Virus record (IMG/VR): IMGVR_UViG_3300020179_000005
Span: 145,702 to 209,701 of that record
Reading direction: 5' to 3' (one strand)
DNA length: 64,000 bases
Part shown: positions 9,225 through 18,056 of the stretch, piece after piece
How the letters are laid out: the number at the start of each line of letters is the position of its first letter
Position numbering within the stretch: the stretch's first letter is position 1
Position numbers and translations under genes: made by a program
The notes under the pieces: generated by a model
Databases searched by the model: none
What the model was told of the DNA's origin: nothing
What the model saw: the letters and a program-made list of their open reading frames with translations, nothing else

Positions 9225-10262
9225 ATGTCCACACTAAGCAACAAGTTCGGTATCAAGAGCGACACATTCGCTGTTGTCACCGAGAACCCCGATGCGCTCA
9301 AGTCCCAGAGTTCAACCGTCAAGTTGATCAAGGACAAGCGCGTCAAGATCAAGGGTTCCATCAACGGCAATGCCATTGACACCTATGCGACTCTGGAGTC
9401 CGCATTCTGGACTCGTCTGACGGTTCGTGACCACGAAGTCCGCCGCCAGAACGCAGAGCCCCGTATCAGCCAAGTCTTTGGTGGCGTGTTCAAGCCAGTC
9501 AAGTTGAAGGTTGAAGTCGAACTCGGCGGTCAGGTAATGACGCTGAGTGAGTTGATCGAGACCCTCATTCTTGAGAGCGCCAAGGGCAAGAGCCTTGATG
9601 ACGTGCGTAAGATCCTCAACGACACCAACCTGATCAAGGGCCTCAGCGACGGTATGCCACTGATGTTCCAACAGATGGGTGCCAGCCAGAACGGTTTCGC
9701 CCACGCGGTGGAAATCTTCAAGGCGGCAGGTGGTATTGACGATCTGGCAACGCTGCACAAGAATCCGCGTTTCCACACCTGCTATGACATGAAAGCCAAT
9801 CAGGGTCTGGAAGTGGTTGCCTTCGAGTTGGGTTCAGCCGACCGCAAGCAATCCACCACTGGTCAGGGTTTCATTGACATCGTTGACGCGGTGTTCAGCA
9901 ACCTCGTGCGTGTCATTGAACACAAGACCGCAGCGAGCATCCTGTCCAAGCAGATTCAGGAGAAGGCAGCCGAGATGTCCCAAGGGGATGTCAAACTGCA
10001 CGAAGCCAAGATCAAGAACGAACTTGACATGAGCCGTCAGTACCCAGTGATCTGGTCTGGTGCTTCTCGTCAGGTTGATGTGCAAGCCAATGGTGAGAAA
10101 GTTACCAGAGACAAGTACAACGCAACCAACGCACCGTGTGGTCGTTGGACGGTTGTGACTGCCAATGGTAACGTGGATCTGGATGTCTGGTCTAACTCGA
10201 CCAACAAGCCAGCCAACGCACCTGTCGCAGTACAGGTTGACACCACAGTTGCACCGTTCTAA
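9225..10262 (+). CDS. hypothetical protein ending in TTVAPF
   Basis: 345-aa ORF with strongly biased codons, followed by a long hairpin. Confidence 0.8.
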   Translation: MSTLSNKFGIKSDTFAVVTENPDALKSQSSTVKLIKDKRVKIKGSINGNAIDTYATLESAFWTRLTVRDHEVRRQNAEPRISQVFGGVFKPVKLKVEVELGGQVMTLSELIETLILESAKGKSLDDVRKILNDTNLIKGLSDGMPLMFQQMGASQNGFAHAVEIFKAAGGIDDLATLHKNPRFHTCYDMKANQGLEVVAFELGSADRKQSTTGQGFIDIVDAVFSNLVRVIEHKTAASILSKQIQEKAAEMSQGDVKLHEAKIKNELDMSRQYPVIWSGASRQVDVQANGEKVTRDKYNATNAPCGRWTVVTANGNVDLDVWSNSTNKPANAPVAVQVDTTVAPF

Positions 10263-10268
10263 GTAGAA

Positions 10269-10329
10269 GGTGTTGTTCCCGCCAGTTAGTTGCCATCAGA
10301 GCAAAAAGCCCATCTGGCGGGGACACCAC
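10269..10329 (+). terminator. long hairpin after 345-aa gene
   Basis: GGTGT..CCCGCCAG pairs with CTGGCGGGG-ACACC. Confidence 0.5.
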
Positions 10330-10365
10330 CAATACTTATAATAATAAAAAATAATACTAGCCCTA

Positions 10366-10665
10366 ATGAAAGGTAGGCTATTTATGTACCCGATTGCCTT
10401 GGCGGTGTTCTTGGGTTTTGCTGTGGCGTTTGCCACGGATGCAATTCTCAATTATCTTCCGTTCCTGCAGAAGGTTCCATACCTAGGAAAGCCTGAAGTT
10501 CTGTTTCCAGTGTTGACCGTCTTGACGGTCTGGGCAGCAGATGTCAGCATTCTGGGAGCCTATGGATTTGGTGGAGATCAATGGTTGAATGTCGTTGGTT
10601 CGGCATTTGCCATCGTGGTCGCTACTAAAACCGTAGATGAAATCACTGACGCTTTGACGCGTTAG
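10366..10665 (+). CDS. three-helix membrane protein
   Basis: Three hydrophobic segments. Confidence 0.65.
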   Translation: MKGRLFMYPIALAVFLGFAVAFATDAILNYLPFLQKVPYLGKPEVLFPVLTVLTVWAADVSILGAYGFGGDQWLNVVGSAFAIVVATKTVDEITDALTR

Positions 10666-10750
10666 AGGTAGTAGTGGGTGGTAGTGTCCTTGCACTATCA
10701 CCCACAAACCCCTATAAAAAAAATTTTACTAATTCAAAAAGGAGCAAACA

Positions 10751-10981
10751 ATGACAAAACGCCCACCACTAACACCATGTATCATTTGTGAAAAAGCAGT
10801 AATGCACCTATGGGAAAACAACGCCACCAACCTCAATGGTGGTTGTGACATCAGGATCAGTGCTCATTATGGTAGTGAGTTTGATACCTCTAAATTTGCC
10901 GGCATTGTGTGTGACGAATGTGTAGACAACTTGGTTCAATCCAAACGACTCAGGTTTATCGGTTACAATCACGATCTATAG
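10751..10981 (+). CDS. small Zn-finger-like protein
   Basis: AAGGAG SD; CIIC and CDEC pairs. Confidence 0.65.
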   Translation: MTKRPPLTPCIICEKAVMHLWENNATNLNGGCDIRISAHYGSEFDTSKFAGIVCDECVDNLVQSKRLRFIGYNHDL

Positions 10982-10991
10982 AACGAATGTG

Positions 10992-11140
10992 TACTGTCTA
11001 CTCTATAGTCTATATAAGGCTATAGGGTAGCAGTAACAAAAAATATTTCTAGTCTTCTGGGTACCGAAAAAATTCGGTCCTTTACGGTAATAAATATTTT
11101 TATTTTTATTAGTCCTCTGGTCACCGAATTTTTCGGGGGG
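10992..11140. repeat. long hairpin plus two 60-nt-spaced imperfect direct repeats with internal CCGAA/TTCGG palindromes
   Basis: Hairpin 10992-11035. Repeats TAGTCyTCTGGnnACCGAA..TTCGG at 11050-11077 and 11110-11136. Confidence 0.7.
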
Positions 11141-11165
11141 CCCCAGAAAAAAGTTCTTTTAGGTG

Positions 11166-11195
11166 TTGCATCTAAAAAAGAATATATGCTATAGT
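11166..11195 (+). promoter_or_regulatory. sigma70/sigmaA-type promoter
   Basis: TTGCAT-18 nt-TATAGT with extended -10 TG. Confidence 0.55.
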
Positions 11196-11244
11196 ATATT
11201 CAGCAAGCAATACCAAAATTATTCAAACTTACAAGGAGCAATGT

Positions 11245-11475
11245 ATGCCAAAGCAACATCAATCCAAAGCCATCAAAGAAGTCTTTCGGGAGCTGAGAAG
11301 ACTTGGCTTTGTAGTAGAACAGAAGAAATCAGGCGCATACCGGATTGTCCCCCCTTCAACAATTCCGGGCCCGATATATACAACTCACGGCACAGAATCA
11401 GCGTTACACCCAATACGCCGTGACTTTAAAAAATATTATAACATAACTCTTCAATCTACTCTTAAAGTCAAATAA
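11245..11475 (+). CDS. HicA-like small protein
   Basis: Size and pattern 'LRRLGFVVEQKKSGAYRI.P....YTTHG'. The canonical HicA His is not in its usual place. Confidence 0.45.
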   Translation: MPKQHQSKAIKEVFRELRRLGFVVEQKKSGAYRIVPPSTIPGPIYTTHGTESALHPIRRDFKKYYNITLQSTLKVK

Positions 11476-11492
11476 CAAGGAAAAGTTTGTTA

Positions 11493-11545
11493 GAGCTACG
11501 AGGTTAAATATGCCCCTATATTGTGACCTCGTAGCTCGATTTAAT
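11493..11545 (+). terminator. 12-bp perfect inverted repeat
   Basis: GAGCTACGAGGT (11493-11504) and ACCTCGTAGCTC (11526-11537). Confidence 0.55.
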
Positions 11546-11969
11546 TAAAAGGACTTTTTATTATTAAACTTAAATAAATATCAGTATTAGAATAAAATGT
11601 TATCAAAAGTAAAATTAAAGGCTCTCTCGGGCCTGAACCCATTATACTTTTATTATATTTTGTATTATCAACATACTATATCAATATCAAAGGCGGTAGT
11701 GTCATGGCTAAATTGCCCAACAAATGGAATGATCAGGATCGCAAAGACTTCAAAAATGGAGTACGCCTACGTGCTGTTACCATACAGGATAAAAAAAAGA
11801 CGTGGAACAAAAAGGCTTGTAGAATAAAAATACCCTTGGATCACAACTTCGACTAACTTCCAGTGGGTTGCAGTGGTGAACAGTGGGGATATCTTTATAT
11901 TCCTACAAGCATATACTCTATCCCTATTAGCATATACGTAAAAATTATAAAAATTTTTGCGGGCGGCCT

Positions 11970-12042
11970 GCCCTGGTAGCTCAGTGGATAGAGCAACGGA
12001 CTTCTAATCCGCAGGTCGTAGGTTCGACTCCTACTCAGGGCG
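11970..12042 (+). tRNA. trnR: tRNA-Arg(UCU)
   Basis: Cloverleaf; GCCCTGG/TCAGGGC acceptor; anticodon TCT; GGTTCGACTCC T-arm. Confidence 0.93.
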
Positions 12043-12231
12043 CAAAATGGAAACTAAAAGGATTGGCTGTTGCGTCAGCCAATTCGGTATAGTTTCTGGG
12101 CACATAACAAAAATGTGTGGATGAAGACCAACCTTGTAGGATTCCCTCCATTTATCCTAACATGTTCCCGATTCCTACTCCCCCTGTGAATCGCCAGAAC
12201 TATATCCAACTTAAGAAAGGTTCATTGCCAT

Positions 12232-12690
12232 ATGTCAACGCAGCTCATGGATTCTAAACGCTTACCAATGACAGATGACCCTAAGATAGTTTCTATTCTT
12301 AGAGTTCATCATGCATTATGGAATAGGGAATCTTTTATTGAGCGGGGCGGCCAGAAGTACACGCCTTTTGTACCAGCTCATGATGGTTACATATCCGTCG
12401 TACTGCCAAACGAACAGGGTTATAACTTATTATGGATTACTCAGAATCTGAATAAATCCACTTCAGGATCTTTAGAGATTAAAAAAGCCCGTTCGTTGGG
12501 TAACGACAAAAGAATTACATGGATCGTAGACAATTCAAACTCTAAGTTTTTGTACCTTGGTTCGGTCCATACTTGCAATTATTTTGACGGCCAAGAAGAT
12601 ATAATCATTGAGCGTTATTACCAAGATGAACCCACTCAAGTCCTATGGACTAACATGCCTTTTTACTTGCCTGTCAAGTCTAAATATTAG
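12232..12690 (+). CDS. hypothetical protein
   Basis: 152-aa ORF. Confidence 0.65.
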   Translation: MSTQLMDSKRLPMTDDPKIVSILRVHHALWNRESFIERGGQKYTPFVPAHDGYISVVLPNEQGYNLLWITQNLNKSTSGSLEIKKARSLGNDKRITWIVDNSNSKFLYLGSVHTCNYFDGQEDIIIERYYQDEPTQVLWTNMPFYLPVKSKY

Positions 12691-12787
12691 AAATTGTTAA
12701 TGGGTCAAATTTATATAGGTTTGTTCTCAACCATACTATATATATATTAATATGTTGTAATTCAAATAAAATAAATTTCAACAAAAC

Positions 12788-12816
12788 TTGCATATTTTAC
12801 CCTTCTACACTATAAT
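12788..12816 (+). promoter_or_regulatory. sigma70/sigmaA-type promoter
   Basis: TTGCAT-17 nt-TATAAT. Confidence 0.7.
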
Positions 12817-12856
12817 ATTTATACACCTTTATACACCTTAAACGGAGAGTACCATA

Positions 12857-13063
12857 ATGGCTAAGCCATCAAAAACACCACAAATTGAACAATTCATCAA
12901 CACACACGTCAACAATACTTTTTCAACAAAAGAGATGTGCGAACAAATCGGAGTGAGCCTTCCAACTTTGTTGAATTATATTAGAGCCAATCAAAACAGA
13001 TTTCAGCTTGTATCCTACGGTACTTACACCATAGTTCAAGCTTCAACATCTGCTAATTCTTAA
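12857..13063 (+). CDS. small HTH DNA-binding protein
   Basis: GGAG SD; FSTKEMCEQIGVSLPTLLNYI HTH pattern. Confidence 0.65.
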   Translation: MAKPSKTPQIEQFINTHVNNTFSTKEMCEQIGVSLPTLLNYIRANQNRFQLVSYGTYTIVQASTSANS

Positions 13064-13098
13064 CTTTATTATTAGATAAGGTTACTATACAAGGATAT

Positions 13099-13200
13099 AA
13101 TGCCCGTTCCCAGCGGGCAGGGAAAAGATCCCTAACATAACAGAGCAATACTGTGAAGTCGGAGATAGGCAACCTGCCATCTGTGACGGGCATTTCGTTT
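13099..13200 (+). ncRNA. candidate ~100-nt multi-stem RNA or complex terminator
   Basis: AATGCCCGT/ACGGGCATT closing stem, three internal hairpins, T-rich tail. Confidence 0.45.
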
Positions 13201-13290
13201 TTGTCCGCACATCTTCGGGTTCGCAACCTGCGTTATACTAATGACAATTGTTAATTGATTGTCAGACTAGACGATAAGGAGCGAAAACGC

Positions 13291-13938
13291 ATGCTAGTAC
13301 AAAACGCGATAAAATATTTTGTAGTAACCTTACTTACCTTTGTTAACTTTACTGGACTGTTTGTAGTCAATCAGTTACATGAAGAAACAAAGCAAGTTAA
13401 GGAGCCCCCTAGTACCCTTGTGGTACAAACACATCACACCGTACAACAACATAACAATCTTTATTCATTAAATGAAACTAAAGATATTGGTTCTAATATA
13501 AATAGCGTTCAGCATTACGGACTAACATTTAAACATGGTGATATTTCTTGGTTACCATACCTTGCTGCTCAAGCAGGTTGGCCAGAACACACATGGAATA
13601 AGTTAGGCCAGATAATCTTACGCGAGTCAGGCGGTTGTCCCAACCGTCGTGGCGGTGATGTCGTAAATTCTAATTGTGTCATAACCAGAGTTTCTGAATG
13701 GAACCACCGTTCAGACACAGGCTTGTTACAGATCAACGGAGTCAATTACAACACTAAGCGCAACAAGTGGGCAGCAGTATGCAATAGAATGTCTGTCTGC
13801 ACACAAGAGCCTTTGTTGGATCCATTGACCAATCTTAAAGCCGGTAAACTTCTTTATGATATAGCAGGATGGTCACCATGGAATCCCTGCACATGGGATA
13901 TTTCCAAGTGTCCAAAAAAGGTATCGACATCTGACTAA
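13291..13938 (+). CDS. membrane-anchored lytic transglycosylase (SLT/lysozyme-like)
   Basis: N-terminal TM; IILRESGG, DTGLLQIN, NLKAGKLLY, GWSPW. Confidence 0.8.
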   Translation: MLVQNAIKYFVVTLLTFVNFTGLFVVNQLHEETKQVKEPPSTLVVQTHHTVQQHNNLYSLNETKDIGSNINSVQHYGLTFKHGDISWLPYLAAQAGWPEHTWNKLGQIILRESGGCPNRRGGDVVNSNCVITRVSEWNHRSDTGLLQINGVNYNTKRNKWAAVCNRMSVCTQEPLLDPLTNLKAGKLLYDIAGWSPWNPCTWDISKCPKKVSTSD

Positions 13939-14011
13939 AATAGGGGATCTTATTCCCTTTATTTTAATTCAAAATATGGCATAAACATCTAACTAAAGAA
14001 AGGCTAGTTGT

Positions 14012-14425
14012 ATGTTCCTTACTATGATGATCGTTCTTGGTTTATCATCATTTATCGTAGAAATGATGCTCGCAGTGAATATTCCGTGGTGGAGACAAAA
14101 TGCTCATCGGTTGAAATGGTTTAACATGATCATTTCAATCACTTTGTCATCAGTACTTGGCTTTCTATTTGGAGCCGCAGGTCTTGTCGTTATGGGCGCT
14201 GCTTTGTTTGGTACTGTTTTATCTATTCCGGGTTATGCATTCTTGCACTGGAATTATGATTCAGAGCAAGCAGCCCGCTATGGTGGCAACATGCTTTCCC
14301 ATATTCGCGGAAAATGGGTTCAAGCATTCAAAGATCTTGCTAAAGTAATTTATACAGTAATAAAAGTAATTACATTTCCCGTCTGGGGATTGAGATGGGT
14401 AGCAAACAAAATAAACAATAGATAG
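14012..14425 (+). CDS. multi-pass membrane protein
   Basis: Three hydrophobic segments. Confidence 0.7.
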   Translation: MFLTMMIVLGLSSFIVEMMLAVNIPWWRQNAHRLKWFNMIISITLSSVLGFLFGAAGLVVMGAALFGTVLSIPGYAFLHWNYDSEQAARYGGNMLSHIRGKWVQAFKDLAKVIYTVIKVITFPVWGLRWVANKINNR

Positions 14426-14472
14426 TATATTTATAGCCATATCAACGCAACTATGGAGAAAATGGAGATTAT

Positions 14473-17058
14473 ATGACATTGTCCTATCGACCAAGAGTTC
14501 GGCTCAACGCAGAAATATACGGTCCTTTGCGTAGCATGAACGATTACCAGTTCGGCTTCTATGACACAGGCTTTCTGCGTCAAGCCGTACAGGCACTTTC
14601 TGAGCAGCATTCTACGGAAAAACCTGTGTCGTTTAGAATGGCCACTCTACCAATACCTCAGACACCATCCGAATTACGGATAGCAGAAGCCATCGTTCGC
14701 CATCCACAGATTTCTTATGCAATCGTGGACAAGGACAAAATGGCCTTCGTTATCATCGAGGGGTGTCCAGGTTGGCTAGAGGCATTCAAGCGTCTTGGTT
14801 ACGAAGTTTACGCCGGAGACAAGACTGCGAAACGACTCAAGACTTTTCACCGTCCTGCACTGTTGAACGCAACGTTTGCCAAGGACGAGTTGAACGTAAT
14901 GATCGTAGATCCCACTCAATATTCAGAATACAATTTCAATGATCCCGAAATGTTAGCTTCTTTGTCACAAGACTATCCCGGTGTAGATTTCAAGGACCCA
15001 AAAGTTCTTGCTCGCTTGTTGGACGGTGGTTTTGTCGTATCTTCAAAGTTGATACAGCGTGCTGTAGCCAACTTGCCGGTATACGAACCCTCAAAGACCA
15101 CCGACACCAAAGAGTATTATTACGATTGGCGGATTCGCAAGAAGCTGGTACGCAATCTCTTGAAGCAGAAAGTATACAATGCCCGCATCGTTTTCGATAA
15201 GGGTTTCCTCAAGGGTAATTGCATAGTTTCTGACAACCTACCTGAGGGAGTTGATATCATCACTTCCCAGGATAACATCAAGTCAGAAATCAAGTATGAA
15301 AACGGATTCAAATTCATTGCAGAGCCGCAAGGTTCCCACGAACGAGTAATCACCGACGACCAAACGCTCATCAACCTTCCAAATCTGTTTCGCCAGTCAG
15401 ACATGGAGTTCTGGCTAGACGAAGAGTACAAGAAAATGTTTGATGATGCGGTCAACTGTCGTCTGCTTACGAACTGGCGTGAAATCTACAAACGACAGTT
15501 CCGTAACCTCGCAGACGCAGAAGACGAAGAGGCCAACTCTAGAATGTCGTACGTTGGTTACCGATGGGTATCCTCTGGAATGAAGATAACCGATTCACCT
15601 TGGCTCTTTGAAACATTGGCAACCAGCCACGCAAAACCATACCAGTCTCGGGTTCCCATTCCTTGTTCTGTCTACGAACAGGTGATACCAGAGTCGTTGG
15701 CACATATGGCTGGCTATGAGCTGAGCGTACAGGTGGAACAGGGTCAAATCATTCGTATCAACGAGATAGGCGTTCACGTCGTCAACGACGCTGATTGGCT
15801 CGAGATGTACGAGTCGCACGGCGGCCACGACGAGGACGATTATTTCAAGCTGTTCTACCGCACCATGGAAGGCGGGAAATTTGACGGACAAAAAGTCGTC
15901 ATCGTATGCCGTTCACCAAACGGTATCGGTGAGTACTCGATCTTTCGGTATGTAGAGGGCCAATGGTCACCCACTTGGCACAAAGCAGATGGCACTCCGA
16001 TCAAGTTCCCCACCGTTTCCGGGCGCGGATGGCCAAAACGACTCAGTGAATGTATTCGTGATAAAGAAGTACGTTATACTGGATTTCCATCCGAACACGT
16101 TAAGAAGTCCAAGAAAACCGGCTTGTATACACAAGACGACGTCATTTCAGATATCAAAGTCGCCATGACCGGCGGCAATGTCGGAGGTTACGTCAATGCC
16201 GCAATGGTTCATTCTTTGATCATTCACAAACATCGTCCAGTCCAACTTTGTTCTATGGAAAAGGCAATTGACAAGTGCATCAACCCCGACTTTGCAGAGG
16301 ATGTACTTGCGATTGACGAAGAAGCCAAGAAGATCGTCAGAGAGATCATCGATTCCGCACAACCAATAGACACGAATGTTTGGCTGAAACGAGGTTTCAA
16401 ACGTTATCTGAAGGACGGAGAAGAGATCGTACTGCACGACGGTAAGATAACACAAATGAATCTACTTTGTTCACAAAAGTATTCGGAGTATTGCCAGAAA
16501 GTACGCAATTGGGCGCAGCTAAACGCTAAGCCACCGCAGATCGTACATGATCTCGCCCAACGCCTCTACTTTCAGGCACTTTCCACGGTAAAGGACTTTC
16601 GTAGCAAGATCTATCAGGTCAATATTTCTGAAACCACGCAATCAACTGGCAACATAGTCAGAGGATCATGGGAGTCAATGTACACTGAGATTGTTAATAT
16701 CATTAATTCTTTCCAGCGTATAGAAGACAAGCATGATTTTGTGTTGTCCATGTATTCGGTTTCTTTGAACGTTCCCACATCTGCAGGTAAGGTTACGGAT
16801 CAGATCGTAATGAATCGATTCGTTTATCCTTATTTGGAGTCTGCATTACAGTTTTACGGTATTGCAAGCACCGTCTTTTTCACCCCGAAAGCGGACGGCG
16901 ATGTGGACGTAAACACGTTCAAGAGCGACAAATGGCAGTACGACAAGCACATCTATCACGACCCGATGTCTTTCCAAGAAGCACATCGTCAGGACACGGA
17001 AGTTGTGTTCACACCCACGATCAAGTTCACCAGAACTTCCAGCGTATCAAGATATTAA
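14473..17058 (+). CDS. single-subunit two-barrel RNA polymerase-like protein, paralog B (variant DEDD motif)
   Basis: LDGGFVVS, RIVFDKGFLKG, HGGHDEDDYF (nt 15829-15843), VIVCRSPNG, NVGGYVN, SMEKAID. Collinear with 3138-5780. Confidence 0.7.
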   Translation: MTLSYRPRVRLNAEIYGPLRSMNDYQFGFYDTGFLRQAVQALSEQHSTEKPVSFRMATLPIPQTPSELRIAEAIVRHPQISYAIVDKDKMAFVIIEGCPGWLEAFKRLGYEVYAGDKTAKRLKTFHRPALLNATFAKDELNVMIVDPTQYSEYNFNDPEMLASLSQDYPGVDFKDPKVLARLLDGGFVVSSKLIQRAVANLPVYEPSKTTDTKEYYYDWRIRKKLVRNLLKQKVYNARIVFDKGFLKGNCIVSDNLPEGVDIITSQDNIKSEIKYENGFKFIAEPQGSHERVITDDQTLINLPNLFRQSDMEFWLDEEYKKMFDDAVNCRLLTNWREIYKRQFRNLADAEDEEANSRMSYVGYRWVSSGMKITDSPWLFETLATSHAKPYQSRVPIPCSVYEQVIPESLAHMAGYELSVQVEQGQIIRINEIGVHVVNDADWLEMYESHGGHDEDDYFKLFYRTMEGGKFDGQKVVIVCRSPNGIGEYSIFRYVEGQWSPTWHKADGTPIKFPTVSGRGWPKRLSECIRDKEVRYTGFPSEHVKKSKKTGLYTQDDVISDIKVAMTGGNVGGYVNAAMVHSLIIHKHRPVQLCSMEKAIDKCINPDFAEDVLAIDEEAKKIVREIIDSAQPIDTNVWLKRGFKRYLKDGEEIVLHDGKITQMNLLCSQKYSEYCQKVRNWAQLNAKPPQIVHDLAQRLYFQALSTVKDFRSKIYQVNISETTQSTGNIVRGSWESMYTEIVNIINSFQRIEDKHDFVLSMYSVSLNVPTSAGKVTDQIVMNRFVYPYLESALQFYGIASTVFFTPKADGDVDVNTFKSDKWQYDKHIYHDPMSFQEAHRQDTEVVFTPTIKFTRTSSVSRY

Positions 17059-17090
17059 TAACAACAATATATGAAAGGTAAGTATATTAT

Positions 17091-18017
17091 ATGAATAAAG
17101 ATACAGAGATTCAAATGCAGCAAGATGAAATTGGTTCTGATTTGGAGATCAACGTTCCTTTGTGGAGAAATTTCGTGAAGGACGTTCGCAAGATGACTTA
17201 TCCCGAAGATCCTCACACTGTTCGGGAATTGGTCAAGGCCTATTATCGACTGCAGGATGCACGCATTGCGATTGCAGCCCAGTCCAGAGAATTGGCCAAA
17301 CGCGAAAAGCCGAATCAAATGAACGAACACATGGCTATCAACATGAAGTACATGGAGCAGTCGTTGGTTGATCCATTCAAGCACTTCAGTGGCAAGTACT
17401 TGGCCGGACGATGGGCACTTTCCCAGTACGGCATAGGTCCGGTAATCACCGCTGGATTGTTGTCCAACATTGACATTTCCAAGGCCCATACTGCTGGTAG
17501 CATTTGGCGTTTCGCTGGAATGGATCCCACGGTTGTTTGGCAGAAGGGCGAAAAGCGCCCTTATAACGCAGATCTAAAGACTCTCGTTTGGAAAATTGGA
17601 CAGAGTTTCATGAAGTTCTCTGGTCGCGACCAGTGCTTTTATGGCAAGTTGTATCTGCAGGACAAAGCACGTCGTGTACAGTTGAACGAATCTGGAACAT
17701 ATTCCGAAAGAGCCAAGTCAATCTTGGAGCAGAAACAATGGAAGAAGAACAATCCTACCCGTCGCAGACTGCAGGAAGGTTATTTACCTGACGGTCAGAT
17801 AGATGGTCAGGCACGTCGCTTTGCTGCCAAGATCTTTTTGTCTCATTTCCATACGGTGTGGTACGAAGATTACCACACTAATCTTCAGGGTACTCCCGTA
17901 CGCGCACCCCGACCTTATGTCATTCAGCATGGCGGTCATTCTCATATGATCGAAGTGCCGAATTATCATCAAGCAGTGGACGGTGTTTCTTCCGGATACA
18001 TCATTTTGGACAAATAA
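17091..18017 (+). CDS. tasA: Nop-domain RNA-binding protein, IS110/Nop5-related, no nuclease domain (TasA-like)
   Basis: YGIGPVITAGLL, SIWRFAGMDP, YNADLKT and ARRFAAKIFLSH match the IS110 C-terminal/Nop region. There is no N-terminal DEDD RuvC domain and no catalytic SG after the G..P motif. A dual-spacer array lies 610 nt downstream. Confidence 0.8.
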   Translation: MNKDTEIQMQQDEIGSDLEINVPLWRNFVKDVRKMTYPEDPHTVRELVKAYYRLQDARIAIAAQSRELAKREKPNQMNEHMAINMKYMEQSLVDPFKHFSGKYLAGRWALSQYGIGPVITAGLLSNIDISKAHTAGSIWRFAGMDPTVVWQKGEKRPYNADLKTLVWKIGQSFMKFSGRDQCFYGKLYLQDKARRVQLNESGTYSERAKSILEQKQWKKNNPTRRRLQEGYLPDGQIDGQARRFAAKIFLSHFHTVWYEDYHTNLQGTPVRAPRPYVIQHGGHSHMIEVPNYHQAVDGVSSGYIILDK

Positions 18018-18056
18018 ATAACTTCTTTGTTTTGACCCAAAATACCGGAGGATAAT

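Noticed and set aside
11597-11827. 76-aa ORF in AT-rich intergenic DNA
   Set aside because: No SD, and low-complexity AT-rich sequence; probably non-coding.
5906-13946. AAAATAGGGG as merely a ribosome-binding site
   Set aside because: Only the copies at 7508 and 7747 are at SD distance from a start codon; the other six are not. It is therefore kept as a candidate regulatory motif.
17091-18017. Active IS110 transposase / insertion sequence
   Set aside because: No N-terminal DEDD RuvC-like domain, no catalytic Ser in the G..P...SG position, and no element ends seen. The gene is embedded in a phage operon.
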